Source: Escherichia phage mobillu
Direction: 5' to 3' (one strand)
DNA length: 64,000 nucleotides
Sequence record: MN850622.1
The stretch's first letter is position 1, and every line of letters begins with the position of its first letter. The notes below the pieces were generated by a model. It saw only the letters and a list, made by a program, of their open reading frames with translations, was not told the origin of the DNA and did not search any database. A program made the position numbers and the translations under genes. Positions 36,358 through 45,146 of the stretch are shown one piece after another.

Positions 36358-37518
36358 ATGAATACTTTTAAAATCGGAACGAATTTTGATTTAGCTCTTC
36401 TTGATAAAATCGTAGAGCTCAATAAAACTTATCCTAATAGCTTGATAAACGAAGTATACGGCTCTACAAGAGAAATGGCTTTTGTAGCAGCCAGACCTGA
36501 TTTTAGGCTTCCTGACGTTGACAAAAAGATGTTAGAAGATTACGTTAAACGTTGTAACGAATTAGGTATTTGCTTTAACTATACACTCAACACGATAAAT
36601 CCTGGTTCAAAAAGAGAACTAGTTGAGTGGAAGAAGAAAGCTATTCAGGATTATGTTCAGTATCTTTGGTCAATAGGCGTATGGCGTATTACTATCGCTA
36701 ACCCTGTTGTTATGGAAATTGTTCGTGAAGTCAATAAAGACATTGAGATTGAAGTTTCAACAATTCTACATGTCGATGCTGTAACTCAAATCAAATACTT
36801 GCATGACCAGTATAATATCAAAAAGGTCTGCTGTGGAATTCATAAGAACCGTTCAGTTTCTTTCCTGAAGCGTGCAGCAGAGTTTTGCAATAAGAACAAT
36901 ATAATATTTGAAGTTCTTGTAAATGAGTTCTGTTCTAATGCTGGTAAAGGGTATACAACACATTGTAGCTATCGTGACTCTTGCTATATTTTCCATAGTA
37001 CTGATGTTACAGCTGATGATGCTAAATCCTTAAACGGATATCCTATGCAGCACTGTATTAAAGCTCGTGATACAGACCCATTTAACTGGTTGAGAACTCG
37101 TTTTGTTCGTCCTCAAGATTTGAAACTTTATAATGATATTGGTATCACTCAATTCAAAGTTTCAGGACGTACAGGTAGCACAGACTACATTTTGAAAGTT
37201 CTTGAAGCATACGCTTCTGAAAAGTTTGAAGGTAATTTGTTAGAACTGTGGAAGCCTTTAGAGACTATTTTCACTCTTGAAAATGAGACCGAGTTTTCAC
37301 ATACGGTAAATATTGAAACCTCTTTGTTAGATGGCTTTTTAGAAAAAAGGTGGTTCAGACATCCAGATTTCGATTGTGCTAATGAAATCTGCGGGACGAC
37401 GTGTACATATTGTGAAAGATATTATAAACGTCAGTTATCTAAAAATGGGTTATCAGAAAATTCTATATCTATTATTGATATAACTAACTCTGATGACGCT
37501 TTGAGGTACCCAGAATGA
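36358..37518 (+). CDS. U32-family-like Cys-rich protein (tentative)
   Basis: 386 aa; layout YTLNTIN ... EVSTILHV ... IFEVLVNEFCSNAGKGYTTHCSY resembles U32 (PrtC/RlhA/UbiU) family; C-terminal cluster C-x4-C-x4-C-x2-C. Confidence 0.55.
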   Translation: MNTFKIGTNFDLALLDKIVELNKTYPNSLINEVYGSTREMAFVAARPDFRLPDVDKKMLEDYVKRCNELGICFNYTLNTINPGSKRELVEWKKKAIQDYVQYLWSIGVWRITIANPVVMEIVREVNKDIEIEVSTILHVDAVTQIKYLHDQYNIKKVCCGIHKNRSVSFLKRAAEFCNKNNIIFEVLVNEFCSNAGKGYTTHCSYRDSCYIFHSTDVTADDAKSLNGYPMQHCIKARDTDPFNWLRTRFVRPQDLKLYNDIGITQFKVSGRTGSTDYILKVLEAYASEKFEGNLLELWKPLETIFTLENETEFSHTVNIETSLLDGFLEKRWFRHPDFDCANEICGTTCTYCERYYKRQLSKNGLSENSISIIDITNSDDALRYPE

Positions 37519-37754
37519 TTTCTAGAAAAACTTTTAACCACCAACTTAATGAAGAGATTTTGACTATGAAAATTAACAGCAACGAACAAATTCTTAAAAA
37601 GGCCCTTATGGGCCTGTTTGAAACTAAAGCGGCTAAAGTGATTAAAGGACCTGTTCAATTGGAATACTACGCTGATGCATTTCTTCATAGTGTTCTTGGA
37701 AGTATCGATGCTGAAGCTTTACGTTATATCAACATTGTCAAGAAATTCAAATAA
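37515..37754 (+). CDS. hypothetical protein
   Basis: ORF 79 aa, ATGA overlap. Confidence 0.5.
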   Translation: MISRKTFNHQLNEEILTMKINSNEQILKKALMGLFETKAAKVIKGPVQLEYYADAFLHSVLGSIDAEALRYINIVKKFK

Positions 37755-37796
37755 GCTTTACGAATTGAGTATATAATAAATTGTATTGAGGTAAAC

Positions 37797-38513
37797 ATGG
37801 GAAAACATAACACAATGAAATATATCAAAGCCGCAGATTTTCAAACCGCATTTAAAGCAGTCAATCGTGAAATTTTAGAAAACCCGGAATTCGTAACTGA
37901 TTCTCGTATTGGACGTTGTAATGAAATTGGGTCTATGACAGTAGTTGTTGACACTCCATCATCATTCAAAATGACCGACCCACGTATTAACCGCATCTCT
38001 TATGAATACGCCGAAGATTTCTGGAAGTTTATGATTTCTGGTGGTACCAACGCAGAAGAAGCGTTTAAGGCATATCCTAATGTCGCTAAATTTATTTCTA
38101 AACCAAAATCAGATGTTTTGCCGGCGAACTTCAACACTTTCTACGGTCCTCGCATTGCGGCCCAATTACCAGCTCTTCTAAAAGAACTTAAAGAGAAGCC
38201 TAACTCCCGAAGAGTTGTGTTCCAAATTCTAGAAAGTTCTGATCAGGCTTTGCTTGATTCAGACGAAACGCTTGAATATCCATGTACTGACTCAGTGACT
38301 TATTATATTCGTGATGGTAAGCTTTATACCCACTGTCATATGCGTTCTCAGAACTGTGCTGTTGTTATGCAGTTGGATTTTTATCTCCAAGGAAAATTAC
38401 TTCATTATATCGCTAACGAATGTGGTGTAGAAGTTGGTGATTATACTCATACCATGGTAAGTGCCCATGTGTTTGAACGTGATTTTGATTATGTTAAAGG
38501 ATTCCTTGACTAA
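37797..38513 (+). CDS. 42: dCMP hydroxymethylase gp42 (thymidylate synthase family)
   Basis: 238 aa; PCTDSVTYYIRD ... HMRSQN segments correspond to T4 gp42 active-site region as I recall it. Confidence 0.8.
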   Translation: MGKHNTMKYIKAADFQTAFKAVNREILENPEFVTDSRIGRCNEIGSMTVVVDTPSSFKMTDPRINRISYEYAEDFWKFMISGGTNAEEAFKAYPNVAKFISKPKSDVLPANFNTFYGPRIAAQLPALLKELKEKPNSRRVVFQILESSDQALLDSDETLEYPCTDSVTYYIRDGKLYTHCHMRSQNCAVVMQLDFYLQGKLLHYIANECGVEVGDYTHTMVSAHVFERDFDYVKGFLD

Positions 38514-39412
38514 TGGCTATTTTCCGCGTACCAATCTTGAGTATGCGGTCTTATGAAACTGGACAGTATGCTATCCTTAAGGATGGCAACTTCCAACTTC
38601 ATTTGCACCGTGCTAATCCAGGTGATGTGATTACATATCCACGTAATGCATCTGATATTAAAGAATGCGAACGTCTTTTCCCAGAATTTAAGTTTGTTCC
38701 ATTATGGTATAAAGATAACGCGTATAACACTCGTAAATATTTCTGGTCTGAAAATGAATTTGTGGTTGATTCATTAATTGCTTATTATGATTGTGATTTT
38801 CTAATCACAGATATCACCGGATATGACGGTGCTTTTGATGTAGAATTCAATTTCAATATCACTGCAGACCCTAATAAACCACGTTTTTATATTGACGAAT
38901 TCTTAAAAACCGACATGTTGTCGGTTAATCGTTCACTTCAAACTACTGTGTTGAACGAACGTCAAAAAGAAGTGCTGGTTAACGCAGGTGCAGATGGTAA
39001 TAAGATTATCGTAACGCAGAAAGTTATACGTCCTTCCATCATGCAGCGTCTTGTAGGTGATTTGGCTCCTATTCATCTAGATGGTATTTTTCATCCATTT
39101 CGAATTAGCGACCCGTGCTATCGTTTTGAACAAGTGGTTGAATGTGCAATTCAATTAGGCCAACCGCTTTATATAACCGATCCAAATAATAGCTTCGACA
39201 GAAATAAGTATCCTGAAGAAGCGCTGATTCGAATTTTTAAACCAACTAAAACTGAGTACTATCAAATTCTTAAAGGACGTCCGAAAATTCAATATTTCGA
39301 AAATCCTGAAGAAGTATTCCATCCAGGTCTTGGTGAGTTCATCTACTTTAATGCTTTAATTTCTTCGCCGTATAATATACCTAAATATGAAGATGTCGTA
39401 ATCGAGGAATAA
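38513..39412 (+). CDS. hypothetical protein occupying the beta-glucosyltransferase locus
   Basis: 299 aa; no similarity to T4 beta-gt recognised; TAATG coupling with gene 42. Confidence 0.6.
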   Translation: MAIFRVPILSMRSYETGQYAILKDGNFQLHLHRANPGDVITYPRNASDIKECERLFPEFKFVPLWYKDNAYNTRKYFWSENEFVVDSLIAYYDCDFLITDITGYDGAFDVEFNFNITADPNKPRFYIDEFLKTDMLSVNRSLQTTVLNERQKEVLVNAGADGNKIIVTQKVIRPSIMQRLVGDLAPIHLDGIFHPFRISDPCYRFEQVVECAIQLGQPLYITDPNNSFDRNKYPEEALIRIFKPTKTEYYQILKGRPKIQYFENPEEVFHPGLGEFIYFNALISSPYNIPKYEDVVIEE

Positions 39413-39413
39413 A

Positions 39414-39962
39414 ATGGCTAAAATTATTTTAGTAGATGGCCCAGATAATGCTGGTAAAACAACTTTCATTAATGACATAATGGAAATTAGTGAAAGATAT
39501 GTAAAGATTGATTTCCCTAAACGAACAGTTGATGGGCGTTTCGATGTTAAGTCTCGAAATGAAGTTGGCTGCTTCGAAACGATGTTGAATTATTTAGACC
39601 CTACTAAGATTTATCTGTTAGACCGTGGATATATTAGTAACTGGGTTTATGGACGTATTCGACAAGATGCGGACTCGGTTCTTGACGTTTATGAACAGGA
39701 TTATGTTCGTCTTTGCCAAAACCATGATGTGTTCACAATTATTTTAACACGTAACGAAATGACTGAAAGTTTTGAAGACGACCTTATTACTTTGTCTTCA
39801 TTCGGTTTTAATACAGTCATTTCACATTTTGAAGAGTTTGCAATTCATAACAAAATCCAAACGTATCAATTACTTAATCATGATGGTGCTAACAAAGTTA
39901 TAGGATTTAATGCAAGCGAACGTAATTATTTGATTACAGAAATTATCAAATGGGCTCGTTAA
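39414..39962 (+). CDS. P-loop nucleoside/nucleotide kinase-like protein
   Basis: 182 aa; Walker A VDGPDNAGKTT; LDRGYIS resembling dNK/TMK family. Confidence 0.65.
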   Translation: MAKIILVDGPDNAGKTTFINDIMEISERYVKIDFPKRTVDGRFDVKSRNEVGCFETMLNYLDPTKIYLLDRGYISNWVYGRIRQDADSVLDVYEQDYVRLCQNHDVFTIILTRNEMTESFEDDLITLSSFGFNTVISHFEEFAIHNKIQTYQLLNHDGANKVIGFNASERNYLITEIIKWAR

Positions 39963-40060
39963 GAGCCATTTAAAGTTTTAAATGCTGTATAACCCTTAGT
40001 ATATAATCATCTTATCTTTTAAACATGAGTAAAATATAATGATGCCTATGGAAAAATACA

Positions 40061-41233
40061 ATGTCTGATTTAAAATCTCGTTTGATTAAAGCTTCTACTT
40101 CTAAAATGACTGCAGACTTGACTAAGTCTAAGCTGTTTAATAATCGCGATGAAGTCCCTACTCGTATTCCAATGTTGAATATTGCACTAGGTGGTGCACT
40201 GAATGCCGGGTTGCAATCAGGCTTGACTATTTTTGCTGCTCCTTCTAAACACTTTAAAACGTTGTTTGGACTGACCATGGTTGCAGCATATATGAAGAAA
40301 TATAAAGATGCAATCTGTTTGTTTTATGACTCAGAATTCGGTGCTTCGGAATCTTATTTTCGTTCAATGGGTGTTGATTTAGACCGTGTAGTTCATACTC
40401 CGATTCAATCGGTCGAACAACTTAAGGTTGATATGACTAATCAGCTTGACGCGATTGAACGCGGTGATAAAGTTATTATCTTTATTGACTCGATTGGTAA
40501 TACTGCATCTAAGAAAGAAACCGAAGATGCATTGAACGAGAAAGTTGTAGGTGATATGTCTCGTGCTAAGGCACTTAAATCTCTGTTCCGCATTGTGACC
40601 CCGTATCTGACTATTAAAGATATTCCGTGTGTTGCAATTAACCATACAGCAATGGAAATCGGCGGATTGTATCCTAAAGAGATTATGGGCGGTGGTACAG
40701 GTATTCTTTATTCTGCCAACACGGTATTTTTTATCTCTAAACGTCAGGTTAAAGAAGGTACAGAATTGACCGGTTATGACTTCACGTTGAAAGCAGAAAA
40801 ATCTCGCACAGTTAAAGAGAAATCTACTTTCCCGATCACGGTTAATTTTGATGGCGGTATTGACCCATTCAGTGGCTTGTTAGAAATGGCAACTGAAATT
40901 GGTTTTGTAGTTAAGCCTAAAGCTGGTTGGTATGCTCGTGAATTCCTTGACGAAGAAACAGGTGAAATGATTCGTGAAGAAAAATCATGGCGTGCTAAAG
41001 CTACTGATTGTGTAGAATTCTGGGGACCTTTGTTTAAACACAAACCTTTCCGAGATGCAATTGAAACTAAATATAAACTAGGTGCTATCTCTTCTATTAA
41101 AGAAGTTGATGACGCTGTTAACGACCTTATTAATTGCAAAGCAACAACTAAAGTTCCGGTTAAAACTTCTGATGCTCCATCTGCAGCAGATATAGAAAAC
41201 GACCTTGACGAAATGGAAGATTTCGATGAATAA
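40061..41233 (+). CDS. uvsX: recombinase UvsX (RecA-like)
   Basis: 390 aa; Walker A-like AAPSKHFKT, RecA core; matches T4 UvsX size and position. Confidence 0.9.
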   Translation: MSDLKSRLIKASTSKMTADLTKSKLFNNRDEVPTRIPMLNIALGGALNAGLQSGLTIFAAPSKHFKTLFGLTMVAAYMKKYKDAICLFYDSEFGASESYFRSMGVDLDRVVHTPIQSVEQLKVDMTNQLDAIERGDKVIIFIDSIGNTASKKETEDALNEKVVGDMSRAKALKSLFRIVTPYLTIKDIPCVAINHTAMEIGGLYPKEIMGGGTGILYSANTVFFISKRQVKEGTELTGYDFTLKAEKSRTVKEKSTFPITVNFDGGIDPFSGLLEMATEIGFVVKPKAGWYAREFLDEETGEMIREEKSWRAKATDCVEFWGPLFKHKPFRDAIETKYKLGAISSIKEVDDAVNDLINCKATTKVPVKTSDAPSAADIENDLDEMEDFDE

Positions 41234-41567
41234 TCTCGATGATTTAAATCTAGAAATCGTTGATGAATCCCCTTCTTCGGAAGGGGAAGACATTCGCAAA
41301 GAACGAGTGTTTAATGAATCTCTTAAAATTGTCCGTTCAGCAATGGAAAATGTCATTCAAGAGATTCTGATTACACTTGAAGACGGTTCCCATCATATAG
41401 TCTATATTACAAAACTAGACTGGGTTGATGGTAAAATCGTAATGGACTTTGCAGTTCTTGACCAGGACAGAAAAGCAGAACTTGCACCGCACGTTGAAAA
41501 ATGTGTTACAATGCAAGTACAACAAGCTTTTAATGAACGAACCAAGAAAAAATTTAAATTCTTTTAA
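41226..41567 (+). CDS. 40: gp40-like protein (head vertex assembly chaperone position)
   Basis: ORF 41205..41567, start placed at ATG 41226 overlapping uvsX stop; synteny uvsX-40-41. Confidence 0.55.
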   Translation: MNNLDDLNLEIVDESPSSEGEDIRKERVFNESLKIVRSAMENVIQEILITLEDGSHHIVYITKLDWVDGKIVMDFAVLDQDRKAELAPHVEKCVTMQVQQAFNERTKKKFKFF

Positions 41568-41576
41568 GGAGTTATC

Positions 41577-43019
41577 GTGGTAGAAATTATTTTGTCTCAT
41601 CTAGTATATGACCAGGCTTATTTTTCTAAGGTCTGGCCTTATATGGATTCTGAGTATTTTGAGCGTGGACCGGCAAAAAATGTCTTTAAAATTATAAAGA
41701 GCCACGTTAACGAATATAATGCAATGCCATCTATCAATGCGTTAAAGGTGGCTTTAGATAACAGTTCTTTAACTGAAGCCGAATATAAAGGAACTTCAGA
41801 CCTAATTGAAAAATTGGCTGATACTCCTGAAGACCATGAATGGTTGGTTAAAGAAACTGAGAAATATGTCCAGCAAAAAGCGATGTATAATGCTACATCC
41901 AAAATCATTGAGATTCAGTCTAATGCTGAACTACCTCCAGAACAACGTAACAAGAAAATGCCTGACGTAGGAGCTATTCCTGATATTATGCGTCAAGCAC
42001 TTTCAATTTCGTTTGATAGTTATGTTGGTCATGACTGGATGGAAGACTACGAAGCACGCTGGCTTTCTTATCTAAATAAAGCACGTAAGGTCCCGTTCAA
42101 ATTAAACATTTTGAATAAAATCACTAAAGGTGGTGCTGAAACAGGTACACTAAACGTTTTAATGGCCGGTGTTAACGTTGGTAAATCTTTAGGCCTTTGT
42201 TCACTTGCTGCAGATTATCTTCAAACAGGTCATAACGTTCTTTATATTTCTATGGAAATGGCTGAAGAAGTTTGTGCTAAGCGTATAGATGCAAACATGC
42301 TTGACGTATCACTCGATGATATCGATGATGGTAACGTATCTTATGCTGAATATAAAGCCAAGATGGAAAAATGGCGTTCAAAAACAACATTAGGACGTTT
42401 AGTAGTTAAACAGTATCCCACTGGTGGAGCTAATGCTAATACATTTCGTGCATTGCTTAATGAGTTAAAACTTAAGAAGAACTTTGTGCCATCTGTAATC
42501 ATGGTTGATTACTTAGGTATTTGTGGGTCTTGTCGTATCAGAGTTTACACTGAAAATAGCTACACATTAGTTAAAGCTATCGCAGAAGAACTTCGTGCAT
42601 TAGCAGTAGAATCTGAAACAGTTCTATGGACTGCAGCTCAAGTAGGACGGGCAGCATGGGATGCTTCGGATATGAACATGAGCGATATTGCAGAATCAGC
42701 AGGTTTACCAGCAACGGCAGATTTCATGTTGGCCGTAATTGAAACCGAAGAACTTGCACAAGCTGAACAACAACTTATCAAACAAATCAAATCACGATAC
42801 GGCGATAAGAATAAGTGGAATAAATTCCTGATGGGTGTACGTAAAGGCAACCAGAAATGGATTGAGATTGAGCAAGAAGGCATGAACACACCTAACACAG
42901 TAAATGAAAACGCAGGTGCTCAGATGCGTCAGGCAGAGGTGAATCGTACGGAACGCGTAGGTAAAGCCAAAGCAACACGTGCTGACCTAGATAGCTTAGC
43001 CAATGAGTTAAAATTTTAA
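41577..43019 (+). CDS. 41: replicative DNA helicase gp41 (DnaB-like)
   Basis: 480 aa; GTG start 41577 with RBS TAAGGAG; Walker A GVNVGKS; N-terminus MVEIILSHL.YDQAYFSKVWPYMDSEYFE matches T4 gp41 as I recall it. Confidence 0.9.
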   Translation: MVEIILSHLVYDQAYFSKVWPYMDSEYFERGPAKNVFKIIKSHVNEYNAMPSINALKVALDNSSLTEAEYKGTSDLIEKLADTPEDHEWLVKETEKYVQQKAMYNATSKIIEIQSNAELPPEQRNKKMPDVGAIPDIMRQALSISFDSYVGHDWMEDYEARWLSYLNKARKVPFKLNILNKITKGGAETGTLNVLMAGVNVGKSLGLCSLAADYLQTGHNVLYISMEMAEEVCAKRIDANMLDVSLDDIDDGNVSYAEYKAKMEKWRSKTTLGRLVVKQYPTGGANANTFRALLNELKLKKNFVPSVIMVDYLGICGSCRIRVYTENSYTLVKAIAEELRALAVESETVLWTAAQVGRAAWDASDMNMSDIAESAGLPATADFMLAVIETEELAQAEQQLIKQIKSRYGDKNKWNKFLMGVRKGNQKWIEIEQEGMNTPNTVNENAGAQMRQAEVNRTERVGKAKATRADLDSLANELKF

Positions 43020-43025
43020 TAAAAA

Positions 43026-43044
43026 GGAGACTTCGGTCTCCTTT
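43026..43044 (+). terminator. rho-independent terminator
   Basis: GGAGAC-TTCG-GTCTCC followed by TTT. Confidence 0.6.
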
Positions 43045-43048
43045 CGGG

Positions 43049-43078
43049 GTTTACATCTTCCTCTAGGCATGATATGAT
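43049..43078 (+). promoter_or_regulatory. candidate early promoter
   Basis: GTTTAC 43049-43054 and TATGAT 18 nt downstream. Confidence 0.4.
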
Positions 43079-43107
43079 GTACTTACACCAACCAAGAGGA
43101 AAACATT

Positions 43108-43482
43108 ATGAATATGTCTCAAGCAATTTTTACTGTAATCACCGAAAACACAACTGTTGAAGTAGTTTCTCCACTGGCAACCTACGTTATTCTTGCTCCT
43201 AAAACTATTGTATCTCGTATGGAAAACATGGGCAAACGTATCGTACAAATAGTTGGAGCCGGAAATCAAAAACTTGATTATCTACGAACCATCAAAGCTT
43301 ATGAACATTTCCAACTCGAAAAAGGTTCTCCTATCCAGGTAGAACTCGTAAATGGTGATATCGTTCGAGCAATGTTCCATCATTTCTATGCATTGAATGA
43401 CCCATCTAAAGCGGTTCGTTTAATTGCATACGACGCAAACCAAAACGAAATCAACGCAGATGTATCTAAATTACGTTTTTAA
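43108..43482 (+). CDS. hypothetical protein
   Basis: ORF 124 aa with RBS AAGAGGAAA. Confidence 0.55.
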   Translation: MNMSQAIFTVITENTTVEVVSPLATYVILAPKTIVSRMENMGKRIVQIVGAGNQKLDYLRTIKAYEHFQLEKGSPIQVELVNGDIVRAMFHHFYALNDPSKAVRLIAYDANQNEINADVSKLRF

Positions 43483-43531
43483 GTTTACTTCTCCAGTAGT
43501 TGTGTTATTATAGATCTATCAACTACTGGAG
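43483..43531 (+). promoter_or_regulatory. T4-type early promoter (PeSL-like)
   Basis: GTTTAC 43483-43488, TG-TTATTATAGA; 12-bp inverted repeat CTCCAGTAGTTG/CAACTACTGGAG. Confidence 0.55.
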
Positions 43532-43537
43532 AACAAA

Positions 43538-43855
43538 ATGAAAACCATCGATTGTAAAGCAGAATTTAAGATTTTTTATCACGGTTCAAGTAGTTCAGCT
43601 AACATCGAAAACATGCTTTGTCCTCCTGAAGAAACAGGAGTTCTGTCTGAAACTGGACGTAAGAAAAACTTGGATCGTGTATTCTTTACTGAAGATATCG
43701 GTTTAGCAAAGATTTATGCAGGACGAGCAGCACGCTCTTATGGAGGTGAACCACGTCTCTATCGAGTAATTTCTCCGGTAGATGTAGTTCAAATGAATGA
43801 TACTAAAGGCGCTACAGTTTATCACGCTGAATGGGCATTTTGCGAGGAAATATGA
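43538..43855 (+). CDS. hypothetical protein
   Basis: ORF 105 aa immediately upstream of and coupled to dmd. Confidence 0.55.
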   Translation: MKTIDCKAEFKIFYHGSSSSANIENMLCPPEETGVLSETGRKKNLDRVFFTEDIGLAKIYAGRAARSYGGEPRLYRVISPVDVVQMNDTKGATVYHAEWAFCEEI

Positions 43856-44040
43856 GCAAATTAACTAAAGTTACTTTTATCGGTTGGTTTAAAAGCGGTG
43901 AGATGTTCACTAAAGATATCATGTTATCAGGTGATCGCGAAGAAATCGAGTGGGTTACGGTACAACTTGCTGAAGTGAACAAAGCATTAGTTAAAGCATT
44001 TGTTAATGACGAGAAAGTTTTCGAAGCAGATTTTCGATAA
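43852..44040 (+). CDS. dmd: Dmd (discriminator of mRNA degradation; antitoxin against RnlA/LsoA)
   Basis: 62 aa from ATG 43852; ..KVTFIGWFK..EMFTK...AEVNKALVKAF..D.KV.E.D matches T4 Dmd as I recall it. Confidence 0.7.
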   Translation: MSKLTKVTFIGWFKSGEMFTKDIMLSGDREEIEWVTVQLAEVNKALVKAFVNDEKVFEADFR

Positions 44041-44052
44041 TTTTAAATAGCT

Positions 44053-44086
44053 GTTTACAAGCCCCACATACTGTGTTACTATCTTT
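44053..44086 (+). promoter_or_regulatory. candidate early promoter
   Basis: GTTTAC 44053-44058, TG-TTACTAT. Confidence 0.4.
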
Positions 44087-44110
44087 CTATCAACTACAGA
44101 GGAAATTGAA

Positions 44111-44479
44111 ATGAAAAAATTAATCGCTTTAGCAATGGTATTTGGATTAACCGGATGTGGTGCCCATGGCTTTATCCCTAATAATGTTGGCCAACTGATT
44201 TATAATCCGAATGTTAAACAGTACGACCAACCTAAAGTTGAAGTGGAAGACCCGGTTACTGTAGGTAATCGAATGATTCAAGCTGATGCCCATGCTCAAC
44301 GTTATCGTGACTCTGATACTGTAGCATTGTCAAAAGAACAGCGCGTTAAAGAACATTGCTTACAGGCTACTGAAATCGCATTCATTCGCTATGTTGAAAC
44401 AACCGGTAAAGAGCCTACCCAGAAACAAATCGCGAATAACTACGTCCAGTGTATTGAACGTTTAAACAAATTTAATTAA
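44111..44479 (+). CDS. hypothetical lipoprotein
   Basis: Signal peptide with lipobox LTGC. Confidence 0.55.
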   Translation: MKKLIALAMVFGLTGCGAHGFIPNNVGQLIYNPNVKQYDQPKVEVEDPVTVGNRMIQADAHAQRYRDSDTVALSKEQRVKEHCLQATEIAFIRYVETTGKEPTQKQIANNYVQCIERLNKFN

Positions 44480-44482
44480 TTG

Positions 44483-44516
44483 GTTTACACCAAAGTTAAA
44501 ATAAGATACTATAAAC
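44483..44516 (+). promoter_or_regulatory. candidate early promoter
   Basis: GTTTAC 44483-44488, TACTATAAAC downstream. Confidence 0.35.
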
Positions 44517-44540
44517 ATAACAAATCAAGAGGAAATTAAC

Positions 44541-44789
44541 ATGGAATTATTCGTAGCTAGTTCAGTAGCAGTTTTAATCGCAGGTATTGGTTCAATCATC
44601 ATTTACATGTTGCCTTGGGTAATCGCACTTATTCGTGGCACAAAAAGCACAACAGCAATCTTCTTTGTATCTTTACTCTTTAACTGGACGATGGTTGGTT
44701 GGATTGGAACTTTAATTTGGTCTATCATTGCCGAAAAGAAATCGGCTCAGCAGCCTCAACAAGTAATTATTATTCGCGAAAAAGAATAA
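44541..44789 (+). CDS. hypothetical membrane protein
   Basis: Two hydrophobic helices; 82 aa. Confidence 0.55.
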   Translation: MELFVASSVAVLIAGIGSIIIYMLPWVIALIRGTKSTTAIFFVSLLFNWTMVGWIGTLIWSIIAEKKSAQQPQQVIIIREKE

Positions 44790-44793
44790 ACTT

Positions 44794-44830
44794 GTTTACA
44801 TTATAGATGGACTATAGTATAGTAGTCCTA
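44794..44830 (+). promoter_or_regulatory. T4-type early promoter (PeSL-like)
   Basis: GTTTAC 44794-44799; inverted repeat GGACTA/TAGTCC. Confidence 0.5.
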
Positions 44831-44852
44831 TCAAATCAACTAAGGAGTTAAA

Positions 44853-45146
44853 ATGAAAAAGTTATCATTGGCAGCAATCTTACTTGCAGTATCATGTGCA
44901 CCGGCTCCAGTTACGGCAGGTTATGATAAAGACCTCTGTGAGTGGTCAATGACTGCAAATCAAGAAGATGTTGAACAACAAATCTTCTCTGATATCATGA
45001 ACATCACTAAACGAGACCGTCCTAATATGGTTAATAAAGTTGTTGAACAACTTAAGTCTGGCGGTATCATGCAGTACAACTATGTTTTGTATTGTGACCC
45101 TAATTTCGATAACAAAGATATCGTAACCGAAATCACAGGTGAATAA
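44853..45146 (+). CDS. sp: Spackle-like periplasmic protein (tentative)
   Basis: 97 aa with signal peptide; AGYDKDLCEWSMTA...YNYVLYCD resembles T4 Sp as I recall it. Confidence 0.5.
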   Translation: MKKLSLAAILLAVSCAPAPVTAGYDKDLCEWSMTANQEDVEQQIFSDIMNITKRDRPNMVNKVVEQLKSGGIMQYNYVLYCDPNFDNKDIVTEITGE

